A stretch of 24,000 bases of DNA from Acetobacterium woodii. GTDB taxonomy: Bacteria; Bacillota; Clostridia; Eubacteriales; Eubacteriaceae. A program made the position numbers and the translations under genes. Shown one piece after another: positions 22,402 through 24,000 of the stretch. Each line of letters opens with the position of its first letter. The stretch's first letter is position 1. The stretch lies in assembly GCA_016213825.1 (NCBI GenBank), contig JACQZP010000021.1, forward strand, positions 245,109-269,108. Direction: 5' to 3'. Under the pieces are notes generated by a model. That model was not told the origin of the DNA, did not search any database, and was given only the letters and a program-made list of their open reading frames with translations.

Positions 22402-23715
22402 TTATTCTAAGCGAATTGAGAGCAGGTGATTGATGAATTGCTGCGCCGTCCGTCCCGAAATCCCACCATGTTGAAGCTCCCATTTATTGGCTTCCTGACA
22501 TAATTCTTCATCGGACAAGGACAGCCCTTCCCGTTTTGCCAACTCCGCCACAATTCCAAAATACTGTTTCTGACTGGGTCGCTCATAAAAAATGCTGACG
22601 CCGAAGCGATTGACCAGTGACAGTTTTTCCTGCATCGTATCCGAACGATGGATATCACTATTGGATTCCATGTCGTTGCGATCACTCCAGGTTTCCCGAA
22701 TAAGATGACGTCGGTTTGAGGTGGCGTAGATTAAGATGTTATCAGGTTTTGTTTCGACGCCACCTTCAATGACTGCTTTAAGAAATTTATATTCAATCTC
22801 AAATTCTTCAAATGAGAGATCATCCATATAGATAATAAACCGATAGTTGCGGTTTTTTATCTGCGCAATGACATTTGATAAATCCCGGAACTGATGTTTA
22901 TAGATTTCGATCATTCGCAAACCTTGATCATAAAATTCGTTGACAATGGCTTTGATACTGGTTGACTTCCCGGTACCGCTGTCACCAAACAACAGCACAT
23001 TATTAGCTTTTCGGCCTTCCACAAAGGCTTTGGTATTTTCAACCAGCCGTTGTTTCTGACTTTCATAGCCCACCAGATCACTGAGCATAACCTTATCCAT
23101 ATTATTGATGGGATTAAAGATCACCCCGTTGCCGTCAGCTTTGGGAATAATCCGGAATGCTTTATTGAGCCCAAACATACCCACGCCATATTCCCCATAA
23201 AATTCAGTGATTCGATCAAAAAATTCCTGATCATTTTCTGCGGCTTCCAACTTCAGACTGAGACTTTTTACTTTTTCGCTGACATTCTGATTATACATGA
23301 ATTCCGGTTTCTTGATGGCCTGATAGTTTGAAACCCGGCTGAAACAATCGATATCCAAGGCTTTTTCTAAGTCATTAAAATCAAAATCAAACAGATTTTT
23401 AAAGACGCTGCTGTCATTTTGAGCAAAGAAATTGACGCTACCTTCTTTTTTGCCCACCTTTTCGCAGGTTAAGCTAAACGGGTTTTCATTGGTGATCAGT
23501 AAAAAGGTCAGATAGTGGTGCCACAGATTTCGATCAAAGCCAAAATCAGTGGCAATTTCCAGCAGTGATTTGATCTGCCGATAACTCTCTGCTATTAATT
23601 CTTCTTTCGTATCTTCGCCTCTGTAGTAACGTTCATAGAGCTGGCCCATCTTTGTTAATAGATTTCTGGGATCTGTGTCGGTATAGAGGATTAGTTTTGC
23701 AATCATTCGATTCAT
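22402..23715 (-). CDS. DUF815-family P-loop ATPase (AAA-like), function unknown
   Basis: Walker A LLFGDSGTGKST and Walker B-like FIIYMDDLSF, with overall resemblance to the DUF815 ATP-binding protein family. The track start is 23760. The ATG at 23715 has AAGGAG 6 nt upstream, and the candidate promoter would place the TSS downstream of 23760, so I prefer 23715 (437 aa). Confidence 0.75.
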   Translation of the reverse strand: MNRMIAKLILYTDTDPRNLLTKMGQLYERYYRGEDTKEELIAESYRQIKSLLEIATDFGFDRNLWHHYLTFLLITNENPFSLTCEKVGKKEGSVNFFAQNDSSVFKNLFDFDFNDLEKALDIDCFSRVSNYQAIKKPEFMYNQNVSEKVKSLSLKLEAAENDQEFFDRITEFYGEYGVGMFGLNKAFRIIPKADGNGVIFNPINNMDKVMLSDLVGYESQKQRLVENTKAFVEGRKANNVLLFGDSGTGKSTSIKAIVNEFYDQGLRMIEIYKHQFRDLSNVIAQIKNRNYRFIIYMDDLSFEEFEIEYKFLKAVIEGGVETKPDNILIYATSNRRHLIRETWSDRNDMESNSDIHRSDTMQEKLSLVNRFGVSIFYERPSQKQYFGIVAELAKREGLSLSDEELCQEANKWELQHGGISGRTAQQFINHLLSIRLE

Positions 23716-23764
23716 AATGGTCTCCTTGGCAATTGTAATAATGTCTGGAATAGATGTCATTTTT

Positions 23765-23794
23765 AGTTTATCATTACATCTGTGCCAGCGTCAA
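23765..23794 (-). promoter_or_regulatory. Candidate sigma-A promoter of the DUF815 gene
   Basis: The minus strand reads TTGACG (23789-23794), 18 nt, TAAACT (23765-23770). Confidence 0.4.
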
Positions 23795-23836
23795 TGTGAT
23801 TTAAGGGTTGGTACTTTCATGATCGCTTCTTTTCTG

Positions 23837-23867
23837 AAAAAAACCACCTCATTACAAGGTGGTTTTT
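23837..23867. terminator. Bidirectional intrinsic terminator after the partial MCP-like gene
   Basis: AAACCACCT (23841-23849) pairs with AGGTGGTTT (23857-23865) around a 7-nt loop. An A-run lies before it and a T-run after it, so the minus-strand reading also ends in a T-run. Confidence 0.7.
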
Positions 23868-23934
23868 GATCATCATTCAAAATATAAATATTGATCGATT
23901 TTGAGCGTTTCAGTCTTTAAAACAAATCATTTTA

Positions 23935-24000
23935 TTATCGCAGTTCAAACTGATCAATCATATTTTTTAACAGCACTGATTGCCCCGACAGCTCTTCACT
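23935..24000 (-). CDS. 3' end of a truncated gene, possibly a methyl-accepting chemotaxis protein
   Basis: The minus-strand frame reads ...SEELSGQSVLLKNMIDQFELR then a stop codon (23935-23937). That resembles the usual MCP C-terminus (...EELSAQAEEL...F+L). Only 21 residues are visible. Confidence 0.35.
   Translation of the reverse strand, partial: SEELSGQSVLLKNMIDQFELR

Noticed and set aside
19656-23715. I considered Lon-like protease + beta-CASP nuclease + DUF815 ATPase as an anti-phage defence island.
   Set aside because: The DUF815 gene is separated by terminators and has its own promoter. There are no mobile-element or other defence hallmarks nearby. All three families are widespread single-copy housekeeping-type genes in anaerobic Firmicutes as far as I know. 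I kept only the operon-linkage question.

Overview
This 24-kb chromosomal window looks like a low-GC Gram-positive anaerobe. My guess is a Clostridia/Eubacteriaceae-like genome, which cannot be verified here. I support 19 protein-coding genes, 17 of them on the minus strand. I saw no tRNA, rRNA, CRISPR, transposase, integrase or phage genes.

Left third: htpG with a textbook CIRCE (HrcA) operator and promoter, a CGGC-type Cys-rich protein, a membrane-anchored low-complexity protein, and a lysine-branch operon (TrmB-family regulator, lysA-like decarboxylase, dapL).

Middle: the azlC-azlD exporter pair and a conspicuously GC-rich MocR-type (GntR HTH + aminotransferase) regulator.

Right half: about 10.8 kb of same-strand genes with no convincing internal terminator. 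In order these are a LonC-like (apparently ATPase-dead) protease, a beta-CASP metallo-beta-lactamase nuclease, an RsbR/RsbS/RsbT/RsbX stressosome-type module, a 1027-aa hybrid histidine kinase and a REC-HD-GYP response regulator. A DUF815 ATPase and the tail of an MCP-like gene follow.

The most interesting signals are:
- The stressosome module has no sigma-B partner switch. It appears wired to a complete phosphorelay and a c-di-GMP phosphodiesterase. The sensor PAS domain carries four cysteines, and the kinase N-terminus looks like a degenerate RsbT/RsbW domain.
- Two families of long hairpin-forming intergenic repeats share sub-modules. They sit in 5' leaders, an intercistronic spacer and a 3' UTR. 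One family has a 75-bp core in opposite orientation in its two full copies.
- Five 12-bp tandem units lie directly upstream of the promoter of the lysine operon.

All family calls rest on motifs recognised by eye; no searches were run.
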